64,000 bases of DNA from the human T2T-CHM13v2.0 reference genome, Homo sapiens. Location: positions 33,152,001-33,216,000 of the forward strand of contig CP068257.2 in assembly GCA_009914755.4 (NCBI GenBank), read 5' to 3'. Made by a program: the position numbers and the translations under genes. The stretch's first letter is position 1. The number at the start of each line of letters is the position of its first letter. Under the pieces are notes generated by a model, which worked only from the letters and a program-made list of their open reading frames with translations, was not told where the DNA came from and did no database searches. Positions 43,701 to 59,760 of the stretch are shown here, in pieces.

Positions 43701-46700
43701 GTGATTTCTCCTCCAGGGGATTTCTGGCAATGTCTGGAGACATTTTTGGTTGCCACAACTGAGGAAGGGGGAGTGCTACTGTCATCTAGTACGTGGAGGC
43801 CAGGAATGCTGCTCAACATCCTACAATGCACAGGATGGCCCCTACAACAGAGAATGATCCTGCCCACAAGATCAAGCGTGCCCTAAAGTGTCAAAGAAAA
43901 CCTTGCTCAGGGAAAGCACACACTGCCACAATGGTTTCAGCTACCATGATGACAAGACGGAAGATGTGACTTCTAGAGGTGCTCTTCAGGATCGGGGAAA
44001 GCTAACACAGCATTGTCCCCTGGGCACAGTACAAATGAACTGAGGGGTATGAGGAGATGAGGTGTGTGGTGAGCACTTTCTGGAGCCCTTGTGAGAATCC
44101 TGGGTGGCTGCAGTCATGATGCACCCAGGGGGAAACTCCATCCCCATGTAAGGTTTAAGGCGACTGCTCTCTCAGTCTCATGGCCTGGCACCCAGACTTA
44201 GAGCTGGCATGTTGAGCCCTGGGTGAGCTGCAGGTGTGAACTACCAACAAGACTGCTCCTGAGCTGACCGTCGGCTTTGCCATCTGGGAGGGTACAGGCT
44301 AGCACTTGCCTCTCCTGGGCTTCCTGGGCATGAGTCACATGTAACTAGATAATGACGCAAATCACCGTCAACATTACTTAAGGTTTCATTCTAATGTCTT
44401 ATGGAATGATAGAGCAGAAAGCAACCTCCGAGACAGCAGAGACAACCATGCCAGCCCCATCTCAGAGAAAGCTGCAGTGCGGAATGGTGAAGGGACTCCC
44501 CCTATTCTCCACAGCAGATAGCAACAGAGCAGGGACAGACCTTCTGGCTCTTTGTAGACTACTGCTTTAACTACATGATAGTTAGAAACTATAACCCTCC
44601 CATCAATCTAGTTACCATGTACTGACAAAACAAAAAGACCTAGCTAAACCTCAAAAAAAAAGAAGTCACTGGAAAGCACATTGTCCAGATGGTTCTGGTG
44701 GGGAGCACCTTTGCCTGCTTATAGCTCTGTGAGATCCTGAGCTTGGTGAGATGGACTGGGAAGTCCTAACTTCATTTATGTCTTCTCTCCACCCTGAAAC
44801 GATGCCAAAATGACCCCAAATCTCAAATAAAAGTTGGTGTCTGTTGCTGTAAATGTACAAATAACCCAAAGTCAAAATTAGGGATGGAAGTTACCATTCC
44901 TTTTGCCTTCTGTGTTTTGAGGTGGTCGTGGGGAGGAGGAAGGCTTTCAGGGACAAGCAGACGGCGACAGGGATCACACTGTCACCTGTGTGCGCCTTTT
45001 CTTCTAATGGCCTTAAACTGCCAAGTGGCTGCAACTGCAGCGTGCTGATTTTAAACGCTTTTATGGAAAGCACCATCCCCTTTTCGACTAGCATCACTTA
45101 AAATAATGAGTTAGATGCACTTGTATTATTCTGTCTTTCAAGTGGATTAAATTCACAGGCTCGCTCTCCTCCAGTCTCGCAAGCTTTGGCCTGGCTGTCT
45201 GAACCTCCAGATTAGACTGATGAGCACATGCCAGACAGCAATGAAATGCAATTACCCAGGCAAACTTTTGAAGGATTTGAGCCCTGGGGCACAGGCTGTT
45301 TACGAAAGACTAAAAGCACCGTTTGTGCTGAGCAGGACCAGTTGCCTCCGTCTTTTCCAGTTCTGGATCCTGCCTGCCACTGGACTGCAGGCAGGATTTC
45401 TGGGGGCCTGATAACATCAGGCTTCTGTCCACACCTCAGCACCTCGGGGTCTTTGCTCTGTTTTTCAACAAGAAAATGCAAGTACCAACAAAAGCCTATT
45501 ATAACATCTCCCTTTGTGTTCACTGACTGACTCTCTCTCTCTCATTGACTTATTTTTTTGTATTGTGTACTACCCCGAAAAAATGCAGCCAGGAATCATC
45601 CTATAGCTGACTGGCTGTGTAACTTCTTTGGAAATGAACAACCTTTCCAAAAAACAGGAACTTCCCGTCTTCTTTGAAAAAAAAAATTAAAAAGCAAACC
45701 AGTCTCAACAGCACCTCTGAATTACCTTCCCCTTGATTTGAACAAAAGAGGTTTCAGAGGAACAGAGGTGGAGGGAAGAGAAAACAAAGAATGGGCAAAG
45801 GGAAGGTTGACAAGGAGAGTGACCATGGTCTCCCCTCTGCTGACCCAGACTTTTTTTTGTTTGTGTGTTTTAGACAACTGTGGGTGACACAGAGGTGTTG
45901 GAATGGTTCTTCATCCATTCAGCTGAAAATTAAAATGTAATTCTGCTAGGAGAATGCTGGGGAGGGGAGGGACTGGGGAAGGTTCCTTGGCTTTTGTAGT
46001 TGCTGTGGAGGAAGCACCAAGTGAAGCCAGCAGGATGGCAGCACTGAAACGCTCCAGGGCTGGGGTTGGGGGTCCTGAAGCCCCCGCCATAGGGCACAGG
46101 GTGGGTGTGGGAAAGAAGCTTCCATGAGGAGTGGGAAAATACGAGGGATAGCAAGAAAAAGAGTAAACTTGGAAGGATGGGTTTCAGAAGTGCTGGAACC
46201 AAGAACAAGCTAGAATGCTTTTAGAGAAGGAGGCCACACAGGGGCACATGTGCACACCAAGGAAGGAGGAAGAACGCCACTGCCAGGAGCTAGCAGTGAG
46301 TAGGGGTTGGGATCCAAGGAAGTGGTAGGTAAATCATGCACTCTTACTCTGGGGTCGAGATGTCTTACAAAATGTGGAAAGCAGGGTCAGGATTCAGAAG
46401 GCAGCCTCCGATGAGGCTGAGCAGTCTTTAGAGGAAGGAAGATGAAAAGAAAGAAGCTGGGATGAGAGAGTTTGGCCTCAGAGAGGGAATGGGAAAGGGC
46501 AGGGGGGCTCACTAGCTTAGTTAGCAGAAGGCTGTGAAAGTGATGAGGGCCAGAAAGCCAAGAAGCATGGAGACTTCCTAGGCTCCTCCTCATCACAAAC
46601 AAGAAGGGAAATGGCCCAAGAAAGGGCAGGTGGTGCCAGCCAGGCTCTCCCCCCAGGTTCCCAGCTGGGATCTGGGAAAGGAGAAGGAAAGAATGGAGAA

Positions 46701-49700
46701 AGGAAACAGCCAAAGGGCCCCAGCAGAGAGTTGGTGCTATGTAAGGAAAGAAATTGTTTAGGGCAGGATATTCTGAAATTAACTTAAAACCTAAAACAAA
46801 CAGTTTTGACTTGCTGTCCCAGGAGCAAGGAAAAATCCTTCCTCAACGACTCATGCACCCCTTTCTCTGCAGCTCTGGGCTAGGTTCGTGGGGGTCCTGG
46901 GAAGGAGAGAGCGTTCCTGCCCACCTGGAAGTCTCCTTCCAACTTGTTGATCTCAGAACCCTGATGTGCTCTGGGGAGAAGAGTGTGTAGCGGGTGGGGG
47001 CACGCTCAGGGTTGCCTGCCTGGATGGCATCTCGGTGGTGGTGGTTGAGTTTTTACTGTCTTACAGCACAGATGGTGGAAAATCATAGCCATGACAGTTG
47101 GTGAAGCGTCACTCAAACATGCAGCCTATCTGGTAACAGCAGAAGGCAATGTGTGGGGAAATGCCAAAGTGACAGAGACCAACAGATCAGTCAGGAGTCG
47201 GGAAGGGAGTCAGTCTGGGCCTCAGTGAGGACAAAGATGTTCTGGAGGAGATGGGGCAGGTGAGGTGCCCTGAAGAATGGCAGGATTCGGGGATGTGGTG
47301 GGGAGGAGAGGAAGGAACTTTCTGGGTAGGCATCCAGCATGGACCAAAGCTTGTGGGCAGGACTGGTCATGGGTGTTCAGAGATCAAGCAGGAAGATCTG
47401 CAGCATTCACCCACCTCAGTGTCCAGCCTCCCTCCTGTTCGTTGGCTTGACTTTTTGGTCATTTCAGAGCAAGAATGAGCTTCGGAAGAATGGAGCACCT
47501 TGTGGCCCAGAACAAGGCAGGGAGGCATGGCTAGAGAAGGAGACAGGAAACTGGTGGTTCCATGGTCTCCATAGGTATCAGGCCTCCCTGGCATCAGCTG
47601 ACCTGAAATAGCAACACCTGCTTCTTCGGCCACTTTCCTCCAAAGGTGACATATTCAGACAGGTTCTACCAGGAGTGCAGGGCTAAGGGAACCTATGCAG
47701 TGCAGTCCCTGGACTCTCTGAAGGCCAAAGTATCAACAGTGAGCACATTGGGTCTTCACACGTCACTCAAGGTCACATAGAGGGGATTCAAACTCAGGCT
47801 GGAGTGTAGCCAGAAGTCCAGGTTGCCTATGCTCATTGCTATTCACCGTCTGTCACTCTGCTGCCTCTGAAAAGTTGTCCTTTTGTTTCTCTGGGATTGT
47901 CAACTGATGTACATACAGAGATACAAGGGTGGCTGAGCTACAAATGATTTATACTACAAGAAACAGACTGGCGCAACCTCATCTCTGGTAAGTCCTCAGT
48001 CTCAAATGAAATAAACAGCATATGGATTTTCCCTGTTGTGTCGCTGAGGCCAAATTAGGAGTCAGCAATGGGGCTTAGTGCTTAAATAAGTTGTGTATGG
48101 ATGAGAAGGATAGGGCTGCCCATTCCTTGTTTGAGTGACTGCTGGCACCTAAATGCCTCCCGGCTCAGGTAAGAGCCTACCTGATCACAAACAGAGCTGG
48201 GAGATTTGTCGAGTTACTCAAGCCCCCAAGACATGGCCACTACATGTGTGAGATTTTCTTAGCTCTTCTACACAGGCTCCTTACTGTTGGCTCTCGCAGT
48301 AAAGAGTGGTTTTTGATAACTCTGGGAAGCTCTTTTCCTGACTCCTACCCTATGGGCCTCCACGTCGTGTGGTCCTGCAATAGAAAGTCATTTCAGGGTG
48401 GCTTTGACTAAGTAATGATCCTTCAGAGCGATCATCACCCTTGAGGGGTGCCAGCCTGTACCCAGAAGTACTCCTGCCCGGGGCCGCCTCATGTCAGGGC
48501 CTCTTGAGAACTGGATTTGCAAAGTGTCTGCAGACGTAAGTCCTGGTGGCCTGCTCTGTCTGCTCTGATCACAGGGGACAGGAAGGCTGAACCAGGACAG
48601 AACAGTTTGCGGTTTCATCAATGAATAATATGGAGCTGGGGACAAAGTCCCCTCTACTTTCTGCGGCTGTCACTGAAATGTCAGCAGTGGAGGGAAAACC
48701 AGAAGAGAAAACCTCTCACTGACAGGCGCCCTCAGTGTGCAAAGAGCTCAAGTTTCAGTGCTGGGGTGGGGTGGGGGCTGCGCCCCTGCCTATTCACCCC
48801 ACTCCTCCCCTGGGCTGCTCCACTCCCATGATGACTGGGAATTTATCCTACAACAGGCCACGAGCTCCTTGTTCTGCAGTAGGAAATTATCCTTCATAAG
48901 AGGGCAACCGTTAGTATTGTTTGTTTGTTTTTTAATTTCCAAAAGTAAGGAGAAGTTTATTAAATAAGAGCGGGGGAAGGGAGGAGGGAGAAGGAGAGGG
49001 AAAGGGCCCGAGAGGCAGCTGACCCCAGCATTTCCCGTCTCCCCTTGGCTTCTCCCATCCCCCTTGTCCCAGACCCCCCTCCTTCTGGTTCTGAATGTGA
49101 AAAATAAGCAGCCTGCACCTCCTCGACTGGAGATGTGTCTAACAAGGCCCTCATTGTCTCAGACAGGTGTGAGATTGGACTTGATTCGGGGCCAACACCT
49201 CCAGTACCGGAGCCAGCTCTGTGAGCCGAAAACATGCACCAGCCCTCCAGTAATACCACTGCAGCCAGCCAGAGACTCAACAATTTAAGGCTTAACACAC
49301 ACAACATAAATCAGAGGAGGATGGACCAGCCGACCGGCAGCTTCTTGGGCAGATGCCTGCAGACTGTCTGCAGATCATACCCTGCCTGTTTGGGTTATTT
49401 GAGACTCTTTTTCTGTAATATAAAGATGAGAAACTGGGTGGAGCAGCGTGCAGAGGCACACGGGTGTTTGTCCTGTCTTGTTCCAACAGCCCCTCTTTCG
49501 CCTAAGTGCTGTTTTGAAGGGACTGCTCAGGACGGTTCACATTGCTACATCCAAATCCTAGGAATGTGTCCAAGCTGGGGAGGAGGGGAAAGGAAAGCTG
49601 AGCGCTCTGATATGGGCGGTATCTGTGTGACCCTGGGCAAGTCTCTTAACCTCTCTGGGCTCATCCATCTAACGAGGGGTCTAGTTTTCTGCGATTCACT

Positions 49701-50786
49701 CATCTCTAATGCTCAGAAGTTCAAAGTCACTGTAAGAAGTGCCCAAGTCAGAGGAGGTCATTACACTTGGGAGGAAACTCACAGCACCATTGAATGCTGT
49801 TTCTGAGTGGATCCATGTCTTTGAGCAAGAAAAGTCTCTCCTCCTCATACCTGTTCTTTAGAAACTTGTGGTTCTCAGACTGCTGAGGCAAGCCCAGAGC
49901 TCGAGCCCCCGGGAGTGTGGTCATGACATGGCAAGAGCCACACGCTATGGGAGGCGAAGATGGAGATGACAGGTCTGCACTGCTAGTTACTGCCATGCTC
50001 CAGTCCCTCTTCCTAATCAATTCTTAGATAAGTTTCATTGAGGAGGGAGGATTACCAAGTCACCAAGTCTTAGTGAAGGGAGGGGGCCCAGAAGCCACCC
50101 GTCAATGCGGGAGCCCCCACTCTGGTGCCTCTGAAAGAAGGGCATTTGGTCTCTGCAAATTCCTGTGACATTCCAGGGTAGCTTTTGGCCCTGCCATTCG
50201 TCACCCTGACCCTGAATTCATGGACAAGGACGTGGCCGTCACAGGGATGCCTTCATCTGGTCCCAGCTCTCTCCCTCTCATAGCCGTGTACTCTGTTGGG
50301 AGCAATTGGCATGAAGTTTGGCAGTGGCATCCTGAACCGGGATGACAGGACCATCAGTCAGCACCAGCCTCCCGCCCCTCCTGGCCTCGGCCTGCCAAAG
50401 CCTCGTATTCCCACAGCTGTGGCTCCAGCCTCTGCCCTGTCACACTCGCACACCTGTTTGCCATCCTGCTTCTGGCCCGCCAGCCCAAGCCACAGCCCCC
50501 AAGCAGGCTTAAAGGGCCGGGCTTGTGGGAGGAATCGGCACAGGATGGTATTTACTCAAAATCACACAGGACGGTGAAACTTGGTTAAAAGAAATCCTTT
50601 TGTAGCTGCTTCATTAAAAACACCAAAGAGGCTGACCATTCACATTTGTTGAATGCATCCAATTCATGCAAGTAATGGGACAGGTCAGGGTTCACCCTTG
50701 CCTGCTACCCACGTGGGCTTTGTGCTCAGGAAGTGACCTGTCGGTCTCCTGTAGCTGGTTGTCCCCAACAGGGAGCAGGGCTGGGG

Positions 50787-50952
50787 TGCCGGGTGGGGCT
50801 GCGGAGGGTGGGCATGGCTTTGAGGAGGATATCCCTTCCTTGCTGGGTGGGGCTGAGTAGAATGGGCGTGGCTTTGAGGAGGATTTCCCTTCCTTGCTGA
50901 GTGGGGCTGAGGAGGGTAGGTGTGGCTTTGAGGAGGACTTCCCTTCCTTGCA
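50787..50952. repeat. Minisatellite, about 54-bp unit x 3 (GGGTGGGGCTGAGGAGGGTRGGYRTGGCTTTGAGGAGGAYWTCCCTTCCTTGCT)
   Basis: Three near-identical consecutive copies. They explain the repetitive peptides in minus-strand ORFs 50685..51086 and 50726..50953 (artefacts). Confidence 0.85.
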
Positions 50953-50973
50953 TGCTTTAAGAATCCCTCCTCC

Positions 50974-51262
50974 AGCCAGGCATGGTGGCTCATGCCTGTA
51001 ATCTCAGCACTTTGGGAGGCCGAGGCGGGCGGATCACCTGTGGTCAGGAGTTCGAGACGAGCCTGGCCAACATGCTGAAACCCCATCTGTACTAAAAATA
51101 CAAATATATATATTAGCTGGGGGTGGTGGCAGACTCTGTAATCCCGACTCTGTAATCCCGGCTACTCGGGAGGCTGAGGCAGGAGAATCCCCTGAACCCG
51201 GGAGGTAGAGGTTGCAGTGAGCCTGGGTGACAAGAGTGAAACACCGTCTCAAAAAAAAAAAA
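50974..51262 (+). mobile_element. Alu SINE immediately 3' of the 54-bp minisatellite
   Basis: agccaggcatggtggctcatgcctgtaatctcagcactttgggaggccgaggcgggcggatcacc... poly-A 51251-51262. Confidence 0.95.
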
Positions 51263-51881
51263 GCATCACTCCTCCTTAGCACGAATTCAACCTTTTAAAA
51301 ATGGAGACTCAGAAGCAGCACATGATACTGAACCCAACCATGGGACCTAGCATCTCCCTGAGATGGTGTATTTCCAGAAAAAGGCAGTGTGACGTACAGC
51401 ATGGTTCAGTGCCCAAGTGAATGATCCACACCAACCCTAGAGACTGTTCTGAGGCTACCTCTGAGGCAGACCCGAACCAGCCAATGGGAAGAGCACTGGG
51501 CCAGGAGCCAGAAAACCTGGATGTTAGGTCTGCCTCTAGTTCGGAAAATCACTGAAACTCCCTGGGCCTCGAGTGTCTCATGAGTAAAATATAGGGCTTT
51601 GAGCAAAGAAGTTTAAGGTCCTTTCAACTTTAACAGTTTACCATTTGGTCTTGTGGAACAGTGGTTATGGGAAGGTCTCCTGTTTGGGTTTATCCAAGGA
51701 AACAAAACTCAAATGAAAATACCACTAAAACCACCAATACCTTTATCCACTCTGGGGCTCCCGAGGAATAAGGAGACACCGGGGGAATTATCGCAGAGTA
51801 GCTGTGTGACTTGGAGAGGACCGATGGGTACAACTAACTGGTGATACAACAATGCCGCCAATAAGAGCACATAAATAGCAA

Positions 51882-52266
51882 TAATAGTGAAAAAGAATAA
51901 CATTGACCATTTATTAAGTATTGAAAGTGTACCGGGATCCATGCTAAATATTTGATAAAAATATATCTCAAAGACTTTGTGAAGGATTAATAAATACACA
52001 CAATGCTTCCCATGTGCTGTGCATCAAGTGATTTCTGCAGGCTAACTCATTTAATCCTCACAATTGTCCCATGTGTTAGGAACTATTATTGTTACGACGG
52101 TTTGCAGAGGGGGAGAAGGGACACGGAGGAATTACAGACCCACATTCTGCCTTCCTCATAACGTGCATTCTGAGGGCTGCCATCTTTCTTCTGAGTCTCT
52201 TCTGAGGATGAGATGGAAAAGATAGCTCTATCCTGGCTGGGGAGAGGGATGGACAGAAGAACTGAC
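51882..52266 (-). other. RUNX1: Putative short 3' UTR of the RUNX1a exon-7A transcript (end approximate)
   Basis: It follows the TAA at 52267-52269. A minus-strand AATAAA lies at 51910-51915, about 350 nt downstream of the stop. The extent is inferred, not observed. Confidence 0.4.
51910..51915 (-). terminator. RUNX1: Candidate polyadenylation signal for the RUNX1a exon-7A transcript
   Basis: TTTATT on the plus strand, about 350 nt 3' of the exon-7A stop on the minus strand. Confidence 0.35.
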
Positions 52267-52294
52267 TTCTGCCTTAACATCTCCAGGGTGCTGT
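52267..52294 (-). CDS. RUNX1: Coding part of the alternative terminal exon 7A of the short RUNX1a (AML1a) isoform: (E)EDTAPWRC then stop
   Basis: Minus strand reads ...ctttctccctggtcacacatggctccctcag|AG GAA GAC ACA GCA CCC TGG AGA TGT TAA. I recall EEDTAPWRC as the isoform-specific tail of AML1a after ...QSQMQ. The phase-1 acceptor is compatible with the same exon-6 donor (G|AG gives Glu) as exon 7B (G|AT gives Asp). Stop TAA lies at 52267-52269. Confidence 0.75.
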
Positions 52295-53958
52295 GTCTTC
52301 CTCTGAGGGAGCCATGTGTGACCAGGGAGAAAGTTCGAAAATAAGGACAATTCTTTATAGAGCCGCGAATGCATTCCCCTCCCCTACCCCAAGGCGTGAA
52401 AGAATCAAATGAGGAAATCAGGAAGAGATTCTGGAATAGGAATAACAAGATTTCCCTTCCCTTCCACTGAATTGGCCATCAGTAATTTTGCACAAATTCA
52501 ATTTTGAAGTCATGCTTCGTAATTTGTGGTAAATCATATTAAATTAAACAGATCCATGTCTGGGCAACGGCTTCTCTCATTTAGGAACATATGGTGGCTC
52601 AGAGCCTCTCACACAGCAGAACTATAAAGGCTCCTTCCAAATAAGCAGCAGAGTGAGGGGCTCTGGGGCAACCCTACTGGTTTTCCTGAGAATGTTAGTT
52701 AGGGGTGACCATTAATTCACGGGAACTGCAGTATCCAGAATGACAGAATGTTAGTGTTGAAGACAACCTGGTTAATCACTTACATGATAGATGAGGGACT
52801 GGGACTTGGTGGTAAAGGAAACAGTGCTGGGTCACGTGAAAACAAAGCAGACACCACAGGCAGGACCTTCCGGGCAATGCTTCCCCCTAACCATGTCATG
52901 CACCTACAGGTGACTGGTGGTGGGGATTCAATGAACCAGCAACATTGGTCTGTTCTATAAATACGAGCTATCATTATTTTATTACTCCCTTCAGTAAACA
53001 TGTGAACCAGGCAATGTCCTTGTCATAATCTTGCTGTCATAACTGCTCTGTGATAACCCAGGTATAGACACAATCACAAACAAAGGCTATCATTTTAAAA
53101 CGGGGAAGTGGGTGAGTCTCATGCTTCAAAAGCTTCTGCATTCATCTTTAAGATACCAGCCTTGTTGGACGACCAACAGAAGCGCATCTTAAAACTCAGG
53201 CAGTTATGGCTGTTCCACATAGCGGGTGATTTACAACAAAGTATAGATGAAGATTAACCGGCCTTGAGATGAGAGAGCTAAATAAACCACTTAGTGGGCA
53301 GAAAGGCCAAGTCGAGCCCTTGAGCTTGTGCTGACTTTTACAGATATTTTAATAACTTTATCATTATATAATTTGCTATCTGATATGTGCGGAGAGATGC
53401 ACTAATGGAGTGAGAGTGGCCACAACAGTGTTATAATCCCGCGAGACTTAATCAAACCACCATGTTCGTGTCCCTCATGTGACCTGCAACTCCAGGAAGT
53501 GCAATCCCTAGTCACATTATTTCTTCCTCCCTTTTTATCTTGAGATGTTCTTTAAAAAAATCCCAAAGCAACTGGACATATGTAGTCCTTCCAGTGATAT
53601 AAAGAGGAACTGGCACAGCATAAGCTCTCTGGGTCTTGGATCTGGCTTTAGAATGACTCAGGTTGAACACATAAAGCCGTAAGGTAAAGAGGACATCATC
53701 CATAGCAGGAACTGGCAATTTACAGGGCTGGGAGACTTAACCGTCCCAGACGGGTGAGCTCCTGATACTCAAGTTAGCGCTGACTCAGCGAGGGCCTTGA
53801 GGCTTGACTCACAGATCTTCCCTAGGGATGCTTTGCTTTTATGACATCAACTGAAGGATCCTGCAGTGTCCTCCATACTTCCAGGAGGATTGAGCTGGAC
53901 ATTATAGTGGCCCAAGTCTTATTAAACGGAACTGATGATGTTGACTTACGGAGGCTAA

Positions 53959-54384
<426 letters not shown>

Positions 54385-56584
54385 TGACATGAGACACACA
54401 GGTCAGAATCGCCATCTCCTCTTCCCTCTGCCCATACTGATTCCCTCCAGGAAAGAAAGTAGGGAATTTCATCTTTAAGAACAAGAATCCCCTTCCAAAA
54501 AGGTTAATTCCCATAACAGGATCTACGGAGATCAGAATTGGAAGACACTTTTCAAAATCTTGAAACCCTATTGAGAAAGTTCTAAACCCTAAAAATGACC
54601 CTAAGGTTGTATGGAATAATGATGGTGCCCAGGATTGTGGCATCCTGTGTCTGGAGGCAGTGGCTGTCTTTTCTGCCCAATCTTTCCTATCCATGATTCA
54701 GTCAACATTTAGTCAAACATTCAGTCAAGCATTTAGTGCCATTGTTCTATTTTTTCTTAAAACAGAAAATAGTCTATTCCATGCCATTTAGGGGAGCGTG
54801 AACTGGCTAAAACTCAACCTGAAGACTTTCCATAGCTTGCTAATCAGAAATCACCTGAATTAGAGGTGGTACATTCTTCCCCTATCAATTCTCAGGAGTG
54901 CAAAGAGAGACAAAAAATAAACATGGTTGGCCAATGTTTGTTTTTAGGGTGAGTTCTATACTATTTTTCTATTATTATTTTGCTTTATTTACTGTGGTTG
55001 GTAACTGAATCTCTAACATCAAAACATGAGATGTTCTGCCAGAAAGAGATTACAGAAGAAAAGCCTATGAAAAGAAACTGGGTTTGTCAGTGAAGATTTT
55101 ATTTACAGGAGTTTTGCAATCGGTATCTTTAATCTCCATAACAATTGGGCTATTCTACTGCTTTGAAGGCAATTGTTCAATAATGAGAAGGTCCCTGTGA
55201 GGCTAAGGCTTGGAAGGAAGAATGTAACAGGGCTGGTGACAATTGAGGCAGGTGAAACCCTCTGCCTCTGTCAATTTCCCCTAAAGGTCAGGGTGGGGTG
55301 TTCTGAGGGCCAGAGAGAAATAAGCAAAGACACAGGTAATGAAAGTCCCTCCGCATCATTTAAATCACAAATACTGGATTTTAAAGAGCCCTAAAATAAC
55401 TGAATTCGAGTGGGCCTGAATTTCTGTTCCATAAGGCAAGGAAAAATCATGTAGATGAGTAAAACCAACTCAGTCTGGAGAACTATGCCTAATAAGAAAA
55501 CCCAAGCAGTAGCTTTCTAAGTAGAGCTGTTTTTCATATTAGCATATATTGTTTGTTCTTCTCTCAATACAAACTTGTGGTAAACTTTGATACTACTTCA
55601 TGACTACAGTAAAAGTTTCTTTTTTAAATGTCCAAATTTGAAAGACTATCTTCAGGCGATTTGTAAATCACCATCCTTTAGAAATGGGTGTGTAGTCAAC
55701 AATGCCTGGCAATCAAGTCACTTTTTTAAAAGGCAGCTTGCTTCAAAACAACAGTGACATGCCTGGCTTTGGGAGGTCAAATTCTTGAGTCCATCCCAAC
55801 TGTCTGGCTTTGGTCATCATGTCATCTTTTGTTCCCATTTTTCTGTTCCTACCATCTAAGCTGTCATGAGCTTTTGGAGGCTAGGACAAGAGGCACCTGG
55901 GCCTCCTGTTTCCCCATCTGGCACTGCTCCCGGGACACAGGGAAGAGAGCTCTTTCTCTATCACTGTCAGGACCTCTGATTCCATCGGTATAGGTGCTCT
56001 AGAAAATATTAAGGAAATATCTGATCTCATCTAAAAAAAATCATACATTTTTCTGGCTGGGAAATAAAAATACTATGATGTTGCGTTCAAACAAATGATG
56101 GACTGAGGTTATAGTAACACGATTGGGGCATTTGTGCATGAGATGTTCAGTTCACATTTACCTGTCTACCATGTTTGTTCTGGGGGATGGACTTGGGAGA
56201 GTTATCTCTGGACTCACCTGCTGTGCCTGGTCAATGGTCTGATGTCCCCTGTCTTTTGTACAAAGATACAGCAGTTTGAACGGTGGCTCCAGAACCATTT
56301 CCTCACCCCCAGAACTGTGAATGTGACCTTATTTGGAAAAGGGCCTTTGAAGCTATAATTAAGTGAAGGATTTTGAGTTCATCATGAATTACCTGGGTGG
56401 GTCTAAATATAGTAACATGTATCCTTAGACAAAAGAGATGACACAAAGGAGGCCATATAAAGAGGGAAGAAGAAGTTGGAATGATACAGTCTGATACAGT
56501 CACAAGCCAAGGAATGCCACCAGTGGCTGGAAGAGATAAGGAAGTATCCTCCCCTAGAGGCTTCAGAGAATGTATGGTCTTGCC

Positions 56585-56699
56585 AACACTTTGATTTTGG
56601 ACTTCTGGCCTCCAGAACTAAGAGAGAATACATTTCTGTTGTTTTAAGCCACCAAGTTTGTGGTTATTTGTTAAAACAGCCACAGGAAACTAATATACT

Positions 56700-56700
<1 letters not shown>
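56585..56700 (+). mobile_element. 3' end fragment of a MaLR LTR (MLT1/MST-type)
   Basis: ...gacttctggcctccagaactaagagagaatacatttctgttgttttaagccaccaagtttgtggttatttgttaaaacagccacaggaaactaatatac. Confidence 0.6.
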
Positions 56701-59530
<2,830 letters not shown>

Positions 59531-59584
59531 ATGTTGATCATAACAGCTAACAGTTTTTGAGTGTTAACCATGGGCTGGCTCTAA

Positions 59585-59760
59585 TGTCCACTGCTTTATG
59601 TTTCACAGTGGTCCTAGGATCTGCTAGTATAATTATTACTCGTCTTTTGCAGATAAGAAAACTAAGGCTTTAAAAGGTTAAGTAACTTGCCAAAAGTCCT
59701 ATAGTGAATGTGGTAGAAACTAAGGTAGTCTGCCTGTTGAGCCCTCATTCTTTCTTAGCC
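59585..59760 (+). mobile_element. MIR SINE fragment
   Basis: ...cgtcttttgcagataagaaaactaaggctttaaaaggttaagtaacttgccaaaagtcctatag matches the MIR core ttttacagatgaggaaactgaggctcagagaggttaagtaacttgcccaaggtcacacag. Confidence 0.65.

Noticed and set aside
49234-49806. 190-aa plus-strand ORF, the longest ORF outside repeats
   Set aside because: It is intronic and antisense to RUNX1. It has no recognisable motifs or domain-like segments and no flanking splice or promoter signals. A chance ORF of this size in GC-moderate human intron is expected.
50685-51086. Minus-strand ORFs 50685..51086 and 50726..50953 with repeated PPQSHAHP / [16 protein letters not shown] motifs
   Set aside because: They are generated by the 54-bp x3 minisatellite and read into an Alu. 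They are not genes.
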